Under the pieces are notes generated by a model. The model saw nothing but the letters and a program-made list of their open reading frames with translations. It searched no databases and was not told the DNA's origin. DNA of 64,000 nt, from IMG/VR virus record IMGVR_UViG_3300043434_000674; one strand, given 5' to 3'. This DNA is from an uncultured virus (IMG/VR IMGVR_UViG_3300043434_000674) (Duplodnaviria; Heunggongvirae; Uroviricota; Caudoviricetes). This document shows positions 1 to 9,088 of this stretch, piece by piece (position 1 is the first letter of the stretch; every line of letters begins with the position of its first letter). Made by a program: the position numbers and the translations under genes.

Positions 1-72
1 TATGAAGGATTTCTTTTACAAGAAAATGGGAATTTTTTATTACAAGAAAATGGTGATAAAATATATTTATAG
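1..72 (+). CDS. 3' end of a gene truncated by the window edge (LLQENG repeats; probably structural)
   Basis: Frame 1 reads YEGFLLQENGNFLLQENGDKIYL-TAG; stop lies 3 nt before the next ATG. Confidence 0.6.
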   Translation, partial: YEGFLLQENGNFLLQENGDKIYL

Positions 73-75
73 ATT

Positions 76-1050
76 ATGGCAGATAAAAGAATAAGTGATT
101 TAAACTTACACACCTCGTTAGAATTAAGTGATTCGTTACCAATTATCAATAATGGGGAAACGAAAAAAACTACATATGGTTCTCTATACTATGGTATAAG
201 AGAAGGTCTTGCAACTACTGGTTCAAACTACTTTATAGGTAATCAAGATATAAGTGGTTCTATATATGATGTAAATTCAGTCACCTTCAATAGTTCATCA
301 ATTCCACCAATTTTACCCCAATACACTCTTGCAGCAAATACAACTGATAAAACTTTGGATTTGAGAATGGGAAATAATGCAACACTACAAGTTGGACAAG
401 AAATGTATTATCCACCAATTGTAAATAAAAGTGGGGTAGATTTGAATGATGGTGATTTGGTAATGATAAATCCAGCCGGAATCGCACAAGGAAATAGAAT
501 TTCGGTTGTAAAGGCTATTGGCAACGGAACATATCCGGCAGATTTTATGGTTGGAATCTTAACAGAAAACATAGCACATAATGCAGAAGGATTTGCAACA
601 TGGTTTGGCTATGTTAGGAATATTAGTAAAACACACTTAATACCCGCAGACGAAACTTGGTTAGAAGGTGATGTTCTGTATCCACATCCAACTACTGCTG
701 GTAAAATGACTAAGGTATTACCAACTGCACCGGCATTAAAATCCACGATAGCAGTGGTTACATCTATAAATGGAACAAACGTAACTATTTTAGTTAGACC
801 TCAGTTGAGAGGTAAAATATCTACGTTACATGATGTAGATACCATAACCGCAGTAACGGGTAGTATGTTCTATAATAGTGGGTTGGTTTGGAAAAATACA
901 GAAAATGTAAAAATACAAAACGGATACACAATTTTATCACAAGTATCATCATCATATAATTACGCAAATGATACCGAAGCATCTGTAGCAGGAGTTCCAT
1001 TGGGTGGGTTATACCACACATCTGGTTCTGTAAAAATTAGATTGGTATAA
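76..1050 (+). CDS. Putative virion structural / tail-fibre-like protein
   Basis: 324 aa, G/T/S/N-rich; N-terminal MADKRISDL...LPIINNGETKK resembles fibre N-terminal modules; no catalytic motif. Confidence 0.5.
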   Translation: MADKRISDLNLHTSLELSDSLPIINNGETKKTTYGSLYYGIREGLATTGSNYFIGNQDISGSIYDVNSVTFNSSSIPPILPQYTLAANTTDKTLDLRMGNNATLQVGQEMYYPPIVNKSGVDLNDGDLVMINPAGIAQGNRISVVKAIGNGTYPADFMVGILTENIAHNAEGFATWFGYVRNISKTHLIPADETWLEGDVLYPHPTTAGKMTKVLPTAPALKSTIAVVTSINGTNVTILVRPQLRGKISTLHDVDTITAVTGSMFYNSGLVWKNTENVKIQNGYTILSQVSSSYNYANDTEASVAGVPLGGLYHTSGSVKIRLV

Positions 1051-1051
1051 A

Positions 1052-1084
1052 TTTGGATATATCAAATATTATTCGTATATTTGT
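1052..1084 (+). promoter_or_regulatory. Bacteroidota-type primary-sigma promoter (-33 TTTG / -7 TAnnTTTG)
   Basis: TTTGGATATATCAAATATTATTCGTATATTTGT, intergenic, upstream of 1108. Confidence 0.8.
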
Positions 1085-1107
1085 GTATCATAAAAAAGTA
1101 AAAAGAA

Positions 1108-3312
1108 ATGCAGAAACAAGATTTTATTTCACAATTATTAACTGAACTTTCTTATAGAAGTAAAGAAGGATACCCAATTCTGTCAAAACCAGAACACATT
1201 GGTATTATCGCAGATATTCTAACTGAATGGGGAATGGGTGATATTAAAAATGAACTAATAAAAAATCTTACCGAAGCACCCGCAGAAACTGAAGGACCTG
1301 ACAGTAAATACACTCACTTAGGTGCAGGAGTTTATGTTAAAAAAGGTGATGAAGAAAAAGAAAATGCTCAAAAATACAACAAAGATGATTCGGGTAATTT
1401 AAAACCTATCTCTGCAGATGAGTATGAGAAAATAAAATCAAAACAAGGTGATGCCGGTGAAACTGCCGCAGCACCTCAAAATGCACAAACATCTGCACAA
1501 AGTGGAGGTGATGGAAACGAACCGCAAACTCCATCTGTAAATATTTTTACCGGTGCGGATAATAAGTCAACTGAAGAACGATATAAGAGAGAAGCTGAAG
1601 CTGCAAAGGATACTCCAAATTCAACTTCATCGAATGAACCTAAATATGATAAACAAAATTCAATTGTTTTAAAACGTGTTAAGGAACAAATCGAAAAGAA
1701 TAAAACAACCTTATCTTCTGATCAATATGATGTAGCAAATAAATGTTATGAATTAACTCAAAAATTATTTGATGAATCAATTTCCGATGATGTAAAATCA
1801 GAGTTAGCAACTAAAATCAGAGATGAGTATAGAATTACTACTAACGCAAGTGGTAGTAAATATTATATTAACGTTTTAGGTGGGAAACGAAAAGTATTTG
1901 GTGATGGAACTAAATCAACCGAAACTCTTGTTAATCAACTTTTAAAATACACTCAATTAGACCAAGTAGATTTTTCCGGTATTAAGAAAAATTTAACTGC
2001 AGCAGCAAAACCCGATTTAGGTAAAGAGTTTGAAATCAAACCAAAAGATGATGATAGAGTAAAGGCTTTATTTCAATCATCTCCGGTGTTGTCAAGAATT
2101 AGAGAAGGTCAACATGGTATTTTCGCACCAAAAGATGAAAATGGTAAAATATTATATCCATCTAAAACTTATACTAAGGAATACCTACAACAATCATTTG
2201 ATAATCCTGCATTAAATAAAACTATTGGATTAGCAAAAGAATACCTTTCTAAAGGTAACATATCTGCAGAATATGTTGATGCGTTAGAAAATCATAAAAA
2301 ACGTTTAAGTGGGATGTTAGCAAACTATAAAGCTCCAAGTGAAGATTTGGCTAATTCAATTGCAGATTCATATAACGATTTAATGGTTGATTTGAATAAT
2401 GCAGATTCTGAAGCAGCATCGGCGGTAATGAAACAACTTGCTGAAAATCGTTTGTATGAAGAATCACTTGCAAGAGGTGAAGAAGTTTATTTACCATCTA
2501 ATGGTTCATTCCCCGGTGGTGATATTATTAGAGTAGGTGGTGATAATGATATTGAAACTGTCTCATTAGTAAGTTGTAAATTTGGTAAAGAAGGTAGAAT
2601 CTACGGATGTCCTGCCAATATGAAAGCAATCACCCAATTACATCCCGATGAATCAAAAAGAGATACGTTTGGACAATATGTAGGTGAAAAAGGTTATACC
2701 TTAATGGTGAAAGATGAATTGATTAAAGGTGAGACAGCTGAAGAAACTAAAGGTAAAATAAAAGATGTTTTATCTAAATCTTTAAACACACAAGCATTAT
2801 CAGATTTATTTACAGATGATGAAATGGAATCGGTAAGTAAGATATGTAGTGATTACTTTACTAAGTTGGAACAAACTCGTATTAAATTAGAAAGTGAATT
2901 GGGCAATGTTAATGCTGATGCATTTTGGGGTGAGTTCCAAAAAGAATTGAGTAAGTTTAAAAAAGAATATCAATCATCTATTCAACAAATTGTAACTACC
3001 GATAAGTTGGAAAAACTAATTGGAAAAAACAACGTTCCTAATTTCAAAACAAGATTAAGTCCTGATGTGTTCTTATCCGCCGTTTTATTAACTGAAAATA
3101 TTCGTAGTTCTGGTGGTTATGGACTTTCACATAATAAACAATATTACGATGAAAACGGTCAACCACATTCAAAAACAGATGTAGGAACTGATAATCCAGA
3201 TGATTACTCATTGACCATTCGTAACGAAAGAACTGCAGGTAGAAATGGTGGTGGAATTCAGATGTCATTTACAGGAGATGGTGAACGACCAAATGGGGAA
3301 ATTTTACCTTAA
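1108..3312 (+). CDS. Large hypothetical phage protein
   Basis: 734-aa ORF; N-terminal LLTE/ILTE/NLTE segment, low-complexity linker, then globular region; no family recognised. Confidence 0.75.
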   Translation: MQKQDFISQLLTELSYRSKEGYPILSKPEHIGIIADILTEWGMGDIKNELIKNLTEAPAETEGPDSKYTHLGAGVYVKKGDEEKENAQKYNKDDSGNLKPISADEYEKIKSKQGDAGETAAAPQNAQTSAQSGGDGNEPQTPSVNIFTGADNKSTEERYKREAEAAKDTPNSTSSNEPKYDKQNSIVLKRVKEQIEKNKTTLSSDQYDVANKCYELTQKLFDESISDDVKSELATKIRDEYRITTNASGSKYYINVLGGKRKVFGDGTKSTETLVNQLLKYTQLDQVDFSGIKKNLTAAAKPDLGKEFEIKPKDDDRVKALFQSSPVLSRIREGQHGIFAPKDENGKILYPSKTYTKEYLQQSFDNPALNKTIGLAKEYLSKGNISAEYVDALENHKKRLSGMLANYKAPSEDLANSIADSYNDLMVDLNNADSEAASAVMKQLAENRLYEESLARGEEVYLPSNGSFPGGDIIRVGGDNDIETVSLVSCKFGKEGRIYGCPANMKAITQLHPDESKRDTFGQYVGEKGYTLMVKDELIKGETAEETKGKIKDVLSKSLNTQALSDLFTDDEMESVSKICSDYFTKLEQTRIKLESELGNVNADAFWGEFQKELSKFKKEYQSSIQQIVTTDKLEKLIGKNNVPNFKTRLSPDVFLSAVLLTENIRSSGGYGLSHNKQYYDENGQPHSKTDVGTDNPDDYSLTIRNERTAGRNGGGIQMSFTGDGERPNGEILP

Positions 3313-3376
3313 AATCATAGTTTCGTTTTAAAAAAATATACTTATAGTCAAACCAACACAATGGAGGAGAGACTAA

Positions 3377-3778
3377 ATGCAAACACAACTTTTGTGCACC
3401 TTTACAACAAAGGATGATTTACAAGATATTTTACAAAAGATAAAACAAACTTATCATATAGTTTATAACTACATCTATGTCTTACAAAATAAAAGTAATT
3501 TAGATGAATTATTTATTACATATAATATAGATACGCAATATAAACCATTACAACCTTTAAAAGATACTATTTTAGTTCATAGAAAAAAACAATCAAATAC
3601 TCTTTACACCATCAACGCTCTAAACGAGTTGGTTAAAGAATTGAATGGTGGTGTTGCGGATAAGAATTTTACTATTGATTGGGATAACTATAAGAATTGT
3701 ATCATAGTAACCAATACCGAAGGAACTAAGAAAATCAGTACAAGAATATTCGAAGTTATTGAATTAAATCAACAATAA
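3377..3778 (+). CDS. Hypothetical phage protein
   Basis: 133-aa ORF; upstream GGAGGAG and ATACTTATA motif. Confidence 0.75.
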   Translation: MQTQLLCTFTTKDDLQDILQKIKQTYHIVYNYIYVLQNKSNLDELFITYNIDTQYKPLQPLKDTILVHRKKQSNTLYTINALNELVKELNGGVADKNFTIDWDNYKNCIIVTNTEGTKKISTRIFEVIELNQQ

Positions 3779-3799
3779 CATATAGATACATAATACTTT

Positions 3800-3832
3800 A
3801 TAACCCATTGAAATCCAATGGGTTATTTTTTT
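3800..3832 (+). terminator. Intrinsic terminator
   Basis: ATAACCCATTG-aaatc-CAATGGGTTAT (11-bp stem) followed by a T tract. Confidence 0.8.
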
Positions 3833-3888
3833 GCCTAAAATAAGTGGTAAAATATTTGGAAATTTGAAAAAAACGTTGTATATTAGCT
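3801..3888 (+). repeat. Stem-loop + promoter cassette, copy 1 (copy 2 at 61331-61418)
   Basis: Shares TAACCCATTGA..CAATGGGTT, AAAATAAGTGGTAAAATATTTGGAAA and GTTGTATATTAGCT, ungapped, with 61331-61418. Confidence 0.9.
3855..3887 (+). promoter_or_regulatory. Bacteroidota-type promoter (variant -7 TATATTAG)
   Basis: TTTGGAAATTTGAAAAAAACGTTGTATATTAGC; same 33-nt geometry as the other copies. Confidence 0.7.
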
Positions 3889-3924
3889 TTGTAATAACAG
3901 ATAAACTATAAAACTTTTAACGAT

Positions 3925-4269
3925 ATGACAGATTTTAGTAGAGTTCTTGCTGGTCAGATGATGGATGTGACAGTTTCATTAGGTAAAGCAACCAAAACCA
4001 AACAACTAAAGGTATGTAAAATCAATACACGTACCATTTTGTTTATCGAAGTAGATAAAACACTTCGTTTAAACACTTTCTACAAATTCCCAATTAAAGA
4101 AGTTCAACGATTTTTAGATAAATTAGAACCTGCAGTATTAGAGTTCAAAAATGGAGTAATGCCTGAAAAGTGGGAATCTGCGTGGGATTCAATTAACCCA
4201 AAACCTGCATTTGCATATACACCACGTCCTTCATACAATTATGGTGGTGGAGCTCATTTTAGAACTTAA
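3925..4269 (+). CDS. Hypothetical early protein
   Basis: 114-aa ORF directly behind a host-type promoter. Confidence 0.7.
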   Translation: MTDFSRVLAGQMMDVTVSLGKATKTKQLKVCKINTRTILFIEVDKTLRLNTFYKFPIKEVQRFLDKLEPAVLEFKNGVMPEKWESAWDSINPKPAFAYTPRPSYNYGGGAHFRT

Positions 4270-4286
4270 AAATAAATGATAAAATA

Positions 4287-4319
4287 TTTGGAATTGTAAA
4301 ATATTATTTGTATATTTGA
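4287..4319 (+). promoter_or_regulatory. Bacteroidota-type promoter
   Basis: TTTGGAATTGTAAAATATTATTTGTATATTTGA. Confidence 0.8.
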
Positions 4320-4336
4320 ATATAAGATTGAGAGAT

Positions 4337-4549
4337 ATGATAACGAAAAAGAAAAATAACAGAATTGAGATTGATTTAACTGGACCACAAGGTAATGCTT
4401 TTTTCCTATTAGGAACTGCTGTTAGTTTAGCAAGACAATTAGGAATGAATTCAGAAGCGATATGTGAGGATATGAAAGCCAAAGATTATGAACATTTGGT
4501 TAATACATTTGATAGATATTTTGGAAACGTTGTAACCCTTTATAGATAA
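4337..4549 (+). CDS. Small conserved-looking phage protein
   Basis: IEIDLTGPQGNAFFLLG segment; ATG 4337 chosen because the TTG at 4316 lies inside the promoter. Confidence 0.7.
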   Translation: MITKKKNNRIEIDLTGPQGNAFFLLGTAVSLARQLGMNSEAICEDMKAKDYEHLVNTFDRYFGNVVTLYR

Positions 4550-4553
4550 AATT

Positions 4554-4748
4554 ATGAACACATTTGAAGGTAATATTTTTTGGAGAGAAGATTTCACAGA
4601 TGGTGAAGCAAAAGGTGGATTTTTTTTGAGAGCAGTTGATTTAAAAAAGTTCTTACAATCGGTAGAAGATGCCGAACATGGTGGTGAGGTTGTAGGATTC
4701 AAATTTGAAGATAATAATTTAGAAGTAATTGTAAAACCTAAAAATTAA
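4554..4748 (+). CDS. Hypothetical protein
   Basis: 64 aa in a tightly packed + strand run. Confidence 0.65.
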   Translation: MNTFEGNIFWREDFTDGEAKGGFFLRAVDLKKFLQSVEDAEHGGEVVGFKFEDNNLEVIVKPKN

Positions 4749-4753
4749 AACAT

Positions 4754-5008
4754 ATGGATATCAGAGAACAATGCAGAGAACGAGCAATTCAATTTGCTAA
4801 AGAATGGAATGAAGAAAATGTAAGTGAACACATTTTTGATATTATGGTTTCTATTATGACTACGAGAGATAAAACATCATATTCAGGCGGTGGGTTTGTA
4901 GAGGCGGTAGTTGCTAACAATTTGTATTTGGCTATGAATAGAGCAGATTCTGATTGTAGAAAAAATATATTCTTATTAACAATGTGTAATGCTAATTGTT
5001 TTATTTAA
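4754..5008 (+). CDS. Hypothetical protein
   Basis: 84 aa, packed. Confidence 0.65.
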   Translation: MDIREQCRERAIQFAKEWNEENVSEHIFDIMVSIMTTRDKTSYSGGGFVEAVVANNLYLAMNRADSDCRKNIFLLTMCNANCFI

Positions 5009-5018
5009 CCCCTAAAAT

Positions 5019-5273
5019 ATGAAATTAGGTAAAATAATAATTTATGGTATTGGTGTAGGTCTATTAACTGCTCTTTTTAGATTAGGTTACGATGTAATGA
5101 CTGATGATGAGTATGATACCGCAACTTATCGTATTGAGAGTGGTAATGATAAAATTTATTACGCAAATACATTTAGAATGTATGGTAGAGGAATCACCTT
5201 CGATTCCATTGATGGTAAAAAAATCATCTTAACTGGTGATATTGATATTGAGTATATTAAAAAACAAAACTAA
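5019..5273 (+). CDS. Small membrane-anchored protein
   Basis: N-terminal hydrophobic helix IIIYGIGVGLLTALF. Confidence 0.65.
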   Translation: MKLGKIIIYGIGVGLLTALFRLGYDVMTDDEYDTATYRIESGNDKIYYANTFRMYGRGITFDSIDGKKIILTGDIDIEYIKKQN

Positions 5274-5285
5274 AAACAAAAAATT

Positions 5286-5528
5286 ATGGCAAGTATTGAT
5301 GTTGATATTGAAGATGTTCTATGGGGAATGTCTGATAGAGAAAAACAAGAATTAGTAGATGACCTTTACGATGATGGGTATTGTCCAAAACAAATAGGAG
5401 CACATCCTGATGATGAAGTCCGTGGTGAATGGGATGACCAAGTTATTAAACTCATTGGTAATAGTTGGAGATTATCCAAAGAAGATGAAGAAACAATTTT
5501 AAAAATCACAAAAAAACTTATAGTATAA
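5286..5528 (+). CDS. Hypothetical acidic protein
   Basis: 80 aa, packed. Confidence 0.65.
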   Translation: MASIDVDIEDVLWGMSDREKQELVDDLYDDGYCPKQIGAHPDDEVRGEWDDQVIKLIGNSWRLSKEDEETILKITKKLIV

Positions 5529-5893
5529 TGAACGCAGTATTAGAAACATTATTCGCATTTATGATTGTATTATCAATCGTATTATTTGCATTCGAATTAG
5601 CAAGTTACTTAACATATGGTAGAATTCTAAAAACAAAAATTGTTAATCAAGCGTTAGATGTTCATATACCAAAGGGAGCAGAATTAAATCCGTTTGAAGA
5701 TAGTATTATTAACATTGGTGATATGCCGTATATTACTAATACCAAATCTATTTTAGGCATGTATTACATTTCAGGTGTTGGTAGAATTCTTACATTTTCA
5801 TCTGCTCACAATCGTATTTCAAAACTACATAAACAACTATTAGCAGAAACTCGCAAAGAAACAATTGAAGAATTATTAAAAATTAAAAAATAA
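5528..5893 (+). CDS. Membrane-anchored hypothetical protein
   Basis: N-terminal TM helix; TAATG stop/start overlap. Confidence 0.65.
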   Translation: MNAVLETLFAFMIVLSIVLFAFELASYLTYGRILKTKIVNQALDVHIPKGAELNPFEDSIINIGDMPYITNTKSILGMYYISGVGRILTFSSAHNRISKLHKQLLAETRKETIEELLKIKK

Positions 5894-5897
5894 AATT

Positions 5898-6356
5898 ATG
5901 GGATTAGATAGTTATTTGTACAAGAAAACTTATATTAGACAAGGCGATTTTTATAAACCAGAATTTTCAAATGAGGTAATTGTGAAAACTGGTGGTGAGA
6001 TTGATACAAAAATCAAACCAGAACGTATTAAGTATGTCGTTGAAGAAATCGCTTATTGGCGAAAAGCAAATCAAATTCATCGTTGGTTTGTTGAAAATTG
6101 TCAAAATGGAATCGATGAATGTCAATTTTCATTTGTCAGTAGAGAGAAGTTAGAAGAATTATTAAATTTGTGTAAGAGAGTTGAAGCCGATAATTCATTG
6201 GCAGACGAATTATTACCATCTGCTAGTGGATTCTTCTTTGGTGGAACTGATTACGATGAGTGGTATTATAATGATATCGCCCATACAATTAAATGTTTAA
6301 CCGAAGCATTGGAAGATGAAGATGCCGATGAATTTGAATATAATGCAAGTTGGTAA
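5898..6356 (+). CDS. Conserved phage protein of unknown function
   Basis: MGLDSY...YWRKANQIHRWF...GFFFG...YNASW, a pattern recurrent in phage hypothetical proteins. Confidence 0.75.
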   Translation: MGLDSYLYKKTYIRQGDFYKPEFSNEVIVKTGGEIDTKIKPERIKYVVEEIAYWRKANQIHRWFVENCQNGIDECQFSFVSREKLEELLNLCKRVEADNSLADELLPSASGFFFGGTDYDEWYYNDIAHTIKCLTEALEDEDADEFEYNASW

Positions 6357-6358
6357 TT

Positions 6359-6502
6359 ATGAAAACAATTTATATGGCTCACACAATCGAATTGATTGGA
6401 AGTAAAAACCCAGAATTAGGAATGAAACTCATTGAATCTGGTACAATTAAATATTTAGGGGAAACTCCTTATTTAGTAATCGAAGAAACTGATGAAAAAT
6501 AA
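6359..6502 (+). CDS. Small hypothetical protein (47 aa; not in the ORF track)
   Basis: ATG 6359 to TAA 6502, MKTIYMAHTIELIGSKNPELG...; fills the gap. Confidence 0.55.
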   Translation: MKTIYMAHTIELIGSKNPELGMKLIESGTIKYLGETPYLVIEETDEK

Positions 6503-6513
6503 TATCAGTTTTC

Positions 6514-6546
6514 TTTGGTAATGTAAAAATAATTTCGTATCTTTGT
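6514..6546 (+). promoter_or_regulatory. Bacteroidota-type promoter
   Basis: TTTGGTAATGTAAAAATAATTTCGTATCTTTGT; preceded by inverted repeat AAACTGAT/ATCAGTTT (6486-6511). Confidence 0.8.
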
Positions 6547-6572
6547 AAAAACAAATAAATAAACTATAAACA

Positions 6573-6869
6573 ATGGATTCATCAGTAAAAGAAACAACCA
6601 ATCTTAACGTAATCAATTTTAACGATTTACAATTCAAACCGCATCCGATGGGATTTGGTAAACAAGCAATAATCAAATTTTCAAATGGTTATGGTGCTAG
6701 TGTAGTACAAGGACCTTACACTTATGGGGGTGATGCTGGATTATACGAATTAGCAGTCTTTGGTAAAGATGGGTATATTACCTATGATACACCGATTACC
6801 GATGATGTGGTGGGTAGTATTACTGAAAATGAAGTATCCGAAATCTTAGAAAAAATTCAAAATTTATAA
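6573..6869 (+). CDS. Conserved phage hypothetical protein
   Basis: F.NGYGASV...GLYELAV...YDTPITDDV pattern common in phages. Confidence 0.75.
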   Translation: MDSSVKETTNLNVINFNDLQFKPHPMGFGKQAIIKFSNGYGASVVQGPYTYGGDAGLYELAVFGKDGYITYDTPITDDVVGSITENEVSEILEKIQNL

Positions 6870-6872
6870 TAT

Positions 6873-7310
6873 ATGTCAAACGAAAGACGAGTAATCAAAG
6901 AAACTGCTAAAACAAATTTACAAATGAATATCCTACCAAAAGAAGATGATATTCGTGCAGTGCAGTATGATAATCCAGAAGTGGTAAGACAAATTGAAGA
7001 ACAATATCCTGAAACAACGGATGAGTTTAAACGAATTATGTTTACCCAATATGAATTATTTTGTTTAAAACAATCTAACTACGGCCCTGGTAATATTGCA
7101 GTAGGTAGTTCATTAGAAACCGAAGATGATGTTAAATTATCTTTGACAGGATTGTGGTTCAGAATCAATGATAAGGTTCAGAGATTGAAACAATTAGTTG
7201 TTCTTGGTAATAAGGATAATGTAGGAGAACCAGTTGATGATACTTTTATGGATTTATCCGTATATGGAATTATCGCACAGATTGTAAAGAATGGAAAATG
7301 GGCTAAATAA
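6873..7310 (+). CDS. Nucleotide-modification-associated domain 1 (Nmad1/DUF1599-like, MazG-related fold)
   Basis: KQSNYG...FRINDKVQRL...EPVDDTFMDLSVYGII. Confidence 0.7.
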   Translation: MSNERRVIKETAKTNLQMNILPKEDDIRAVQYDNPEVVRQIEEQYPETTDEFKRIMFTQYELFCLKQSNYGPGNIAVGSSLETEDDVKLSLTGLWFRINDKVQRLKQLVVLGNKDNVGEPVDDTFMDLSVYGIIAQIVKNGKWAK

Positions 7311-7322
7311 AGTCCATTTTTT
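7295..7322 (+). terminator. Probable intrinsic terminator
   Basis: AAAATGGGCT-aaataa-AGTCCATTTT (10 bp, one G-U) plus Ts, just before the next promoter. Confidence 0.5.
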
Positions 7323-7323
7323 A

Positions 7324-7356
7324 TTTGGTTATATCAAATATATTTCGTATCTTTAC
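7324..7356 (+). promoter_or_regulatory. Bacteroidota-type promoter
   Basis: TTTGGTTATATCAAATATATTTCGTATCTTTAC. Confidence 0.75.
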
Positions 7357-7379
7357 ATTATAACGTTAAAATATAAACT

Positions 7380-8870
7380 ATGGCTAAATTTGAATTGAAA
7401 AATAAAAACGTATTTAAACCAAATTATTTAAATACATTGAGACAGGAATTGAGTGAAAAATATTTAATCAATCCATTTAAGAATACATTAAATAATCCAA
7501 ACGATATTAAAATTTTAACTGCTCCAACCGGATTTGGTAAAACTTATACAATATGGAATATAATGTCACCTTTATTTTTTGAAAAATATGGATCATTACA
7601 TATTCACATTGCACCCCACAAAGAAACATTAAATGAGGCTGAAATTGAACACTATTTAGCATCTTCATTCGAAGGCCGTCCATATCCATTAATTAAATAT
7701 AGTAATGATAAAATTGATTGGACAGTTGTTACCAATGCATTGGCAAATGGTAGAAAGGTGATTTTGGTATTAACCGATAAAAAAATTGCTGAAATGTTTA
7801 AAGATTCTTCAAATCCAACCATATTACAAATTACTAAAGATTATGGTAATAAGGTTTTAATCACACGTGATGAATTTAGTTATGGTAGCACCACCACACC
7901 TGATAATTATAAAAATTCAAAAGGTCACCCATCTGATAAGTATTTAGGTACATATTTTAAAAATTTATATACTTTATTTAAAGCAGGAGCACATTTATAT
8001 GGATTTACAGCAACTCCTACTAGAGAACAATTAGGTGAATTACCACTTGAATTTGATGAAGAAATGAAAATCATAAATGAATGGCCATCAAAATCTGAAA
8101 TGATTTTATTTCAAAAGTGGTGGGAATTGTTACAAATTACTGATTATACTACTCGTGACTATTCTGATATTAATATCTTAAAAAATGAAATAAAATTTCT
8201 AAGTGATGAGGTAACAAATAGAGAACGAGAATTATCTTTGCTTTTAGAAGACACTCCATACAATGATGCACATCCCAAATTTACTGGAATAATGTCAGTT
8301 CAAATTGATTCGGGTAGTGATAACCGATTTACCTTAAAAAAGGTTATCGATGTTGTTAAAGCAGATAATACACTCATAAATAAAGATTATACATTTATAG
8401 CAACAACTGCAGAAGGTTGGGTTGAATATGATTATAAGGGTAATGAAACGGGTAGTCACGGAACATCCAACGAATGGTTGTCTAAGATGAATTCCCAATC
8501 AGAATCTGCTAGATTATTAATAGTCATATATAAAGGTAATTATGGTATCAATATTCCGTCATTGTGTGCAGGAGTTTCGTTAAGAAATCCACTTCCTAAA
8601 ACCGAAGATACCAAAGAAACTATTAGGGCAGGTGGAATACAATTCATTGGTCGTTTAAATAGAACATCTTTGACTACCCATAGTTGGAATCTTTTTAAGG
8701 AATTAACTAATGAATATGGTGATGAAAGAGCATGGAAATATCTTCAAATAAAAAATACTTTTAAATTCAGAGCACCAGATGGTAAAAATAATTATTGGAT
8801 TGATAGTATTTCGGATTTTAAAGATAAATATGGAACATCTTTCGCTGAATTAACTAATTATTTATATTAA
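7380..8870 (+). CDS. Divergent superfamily 2 helicase/ATPase (Res-subunit-like)
   Basis: Walker A APTGFGKT, Walker B-like ITRDEF, motif III GFTATP, motif V GINIPSL, motif VI QFIGRLNR. Confidence 0.75.
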   Translation: MAKFELKNKNVFKPNYLNTLRQELSEKYLINPFKNTLNNPNDIKILTAPTGFGKTYTIWNIMSPLFFEKYGSLHIHIAPHKETLNEAEIEHYLASSFEGRPYPLIKYSNDKIDWTVVTNALANGRKVILVLTDKKIAEMFKDSSNPTILQITKDYGNKVLITRDEFSYGSTTTPDNYKNSKGHPSDKYLGTYFKNLYTLFKAGAHLYGFTATPTREQLGELPLEFDEEMKIINEWPSKSEMILFQKWWELLQITDYTTRDYSDINILKNEIKFLSDEVTNRERELSLLLEDTPYNDAHPKFTGIMSVQIDSGSDNRFTLKKVIDVVKADNTLINKDYTFIATTAEGWVEYDYKGNETGSHGTSNEWLSKMNSQSESARLLIVIYKGNYGINIPSLCAGVSLRNPLPKTEDTKETIRAGGIQFIGRLNRTSLTTHSWNLFKELTNEYGDERAWKYLQIKNTFKFRAPDGKNNYWIDSISDFKDKYGTSFAELTNYLY

Positions 8871-8874
8871 TAAA

Positions 8875-8907
8875 TTAGGTTATATCAAATTTTATTCGTA
8901 TCTTTGT
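8875..8907 (+). promoter_or_regulatory. Bacteroidota-type promoter
   Basis: TTAGGTTATATCAAATTTTATTCGTATCTTTGT. Confidence 0.75.
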
Positions 8908-9088
8908 ATAGTAAAAAAAGTTGATAACTTTATCGAAAAACTTATATGAAAATCGGTAAATCATATACTTATATATACACACCGCGAGTAGGAAAGACTC
9001 GTAAATAAAACCATAAAACAAATTAATTAATTAACCCGTAACTCTCTGACTATCAGTTAGTTAGCTACAACTTAAAACTTTAAAAACA

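Noticed and set aside
63..71. ATATTTATA before the gene at 76 as a late promoter
   Set aside because: It lies in the last codons of the upstream ORF, only 4 nt from the ATG; may be coincidental
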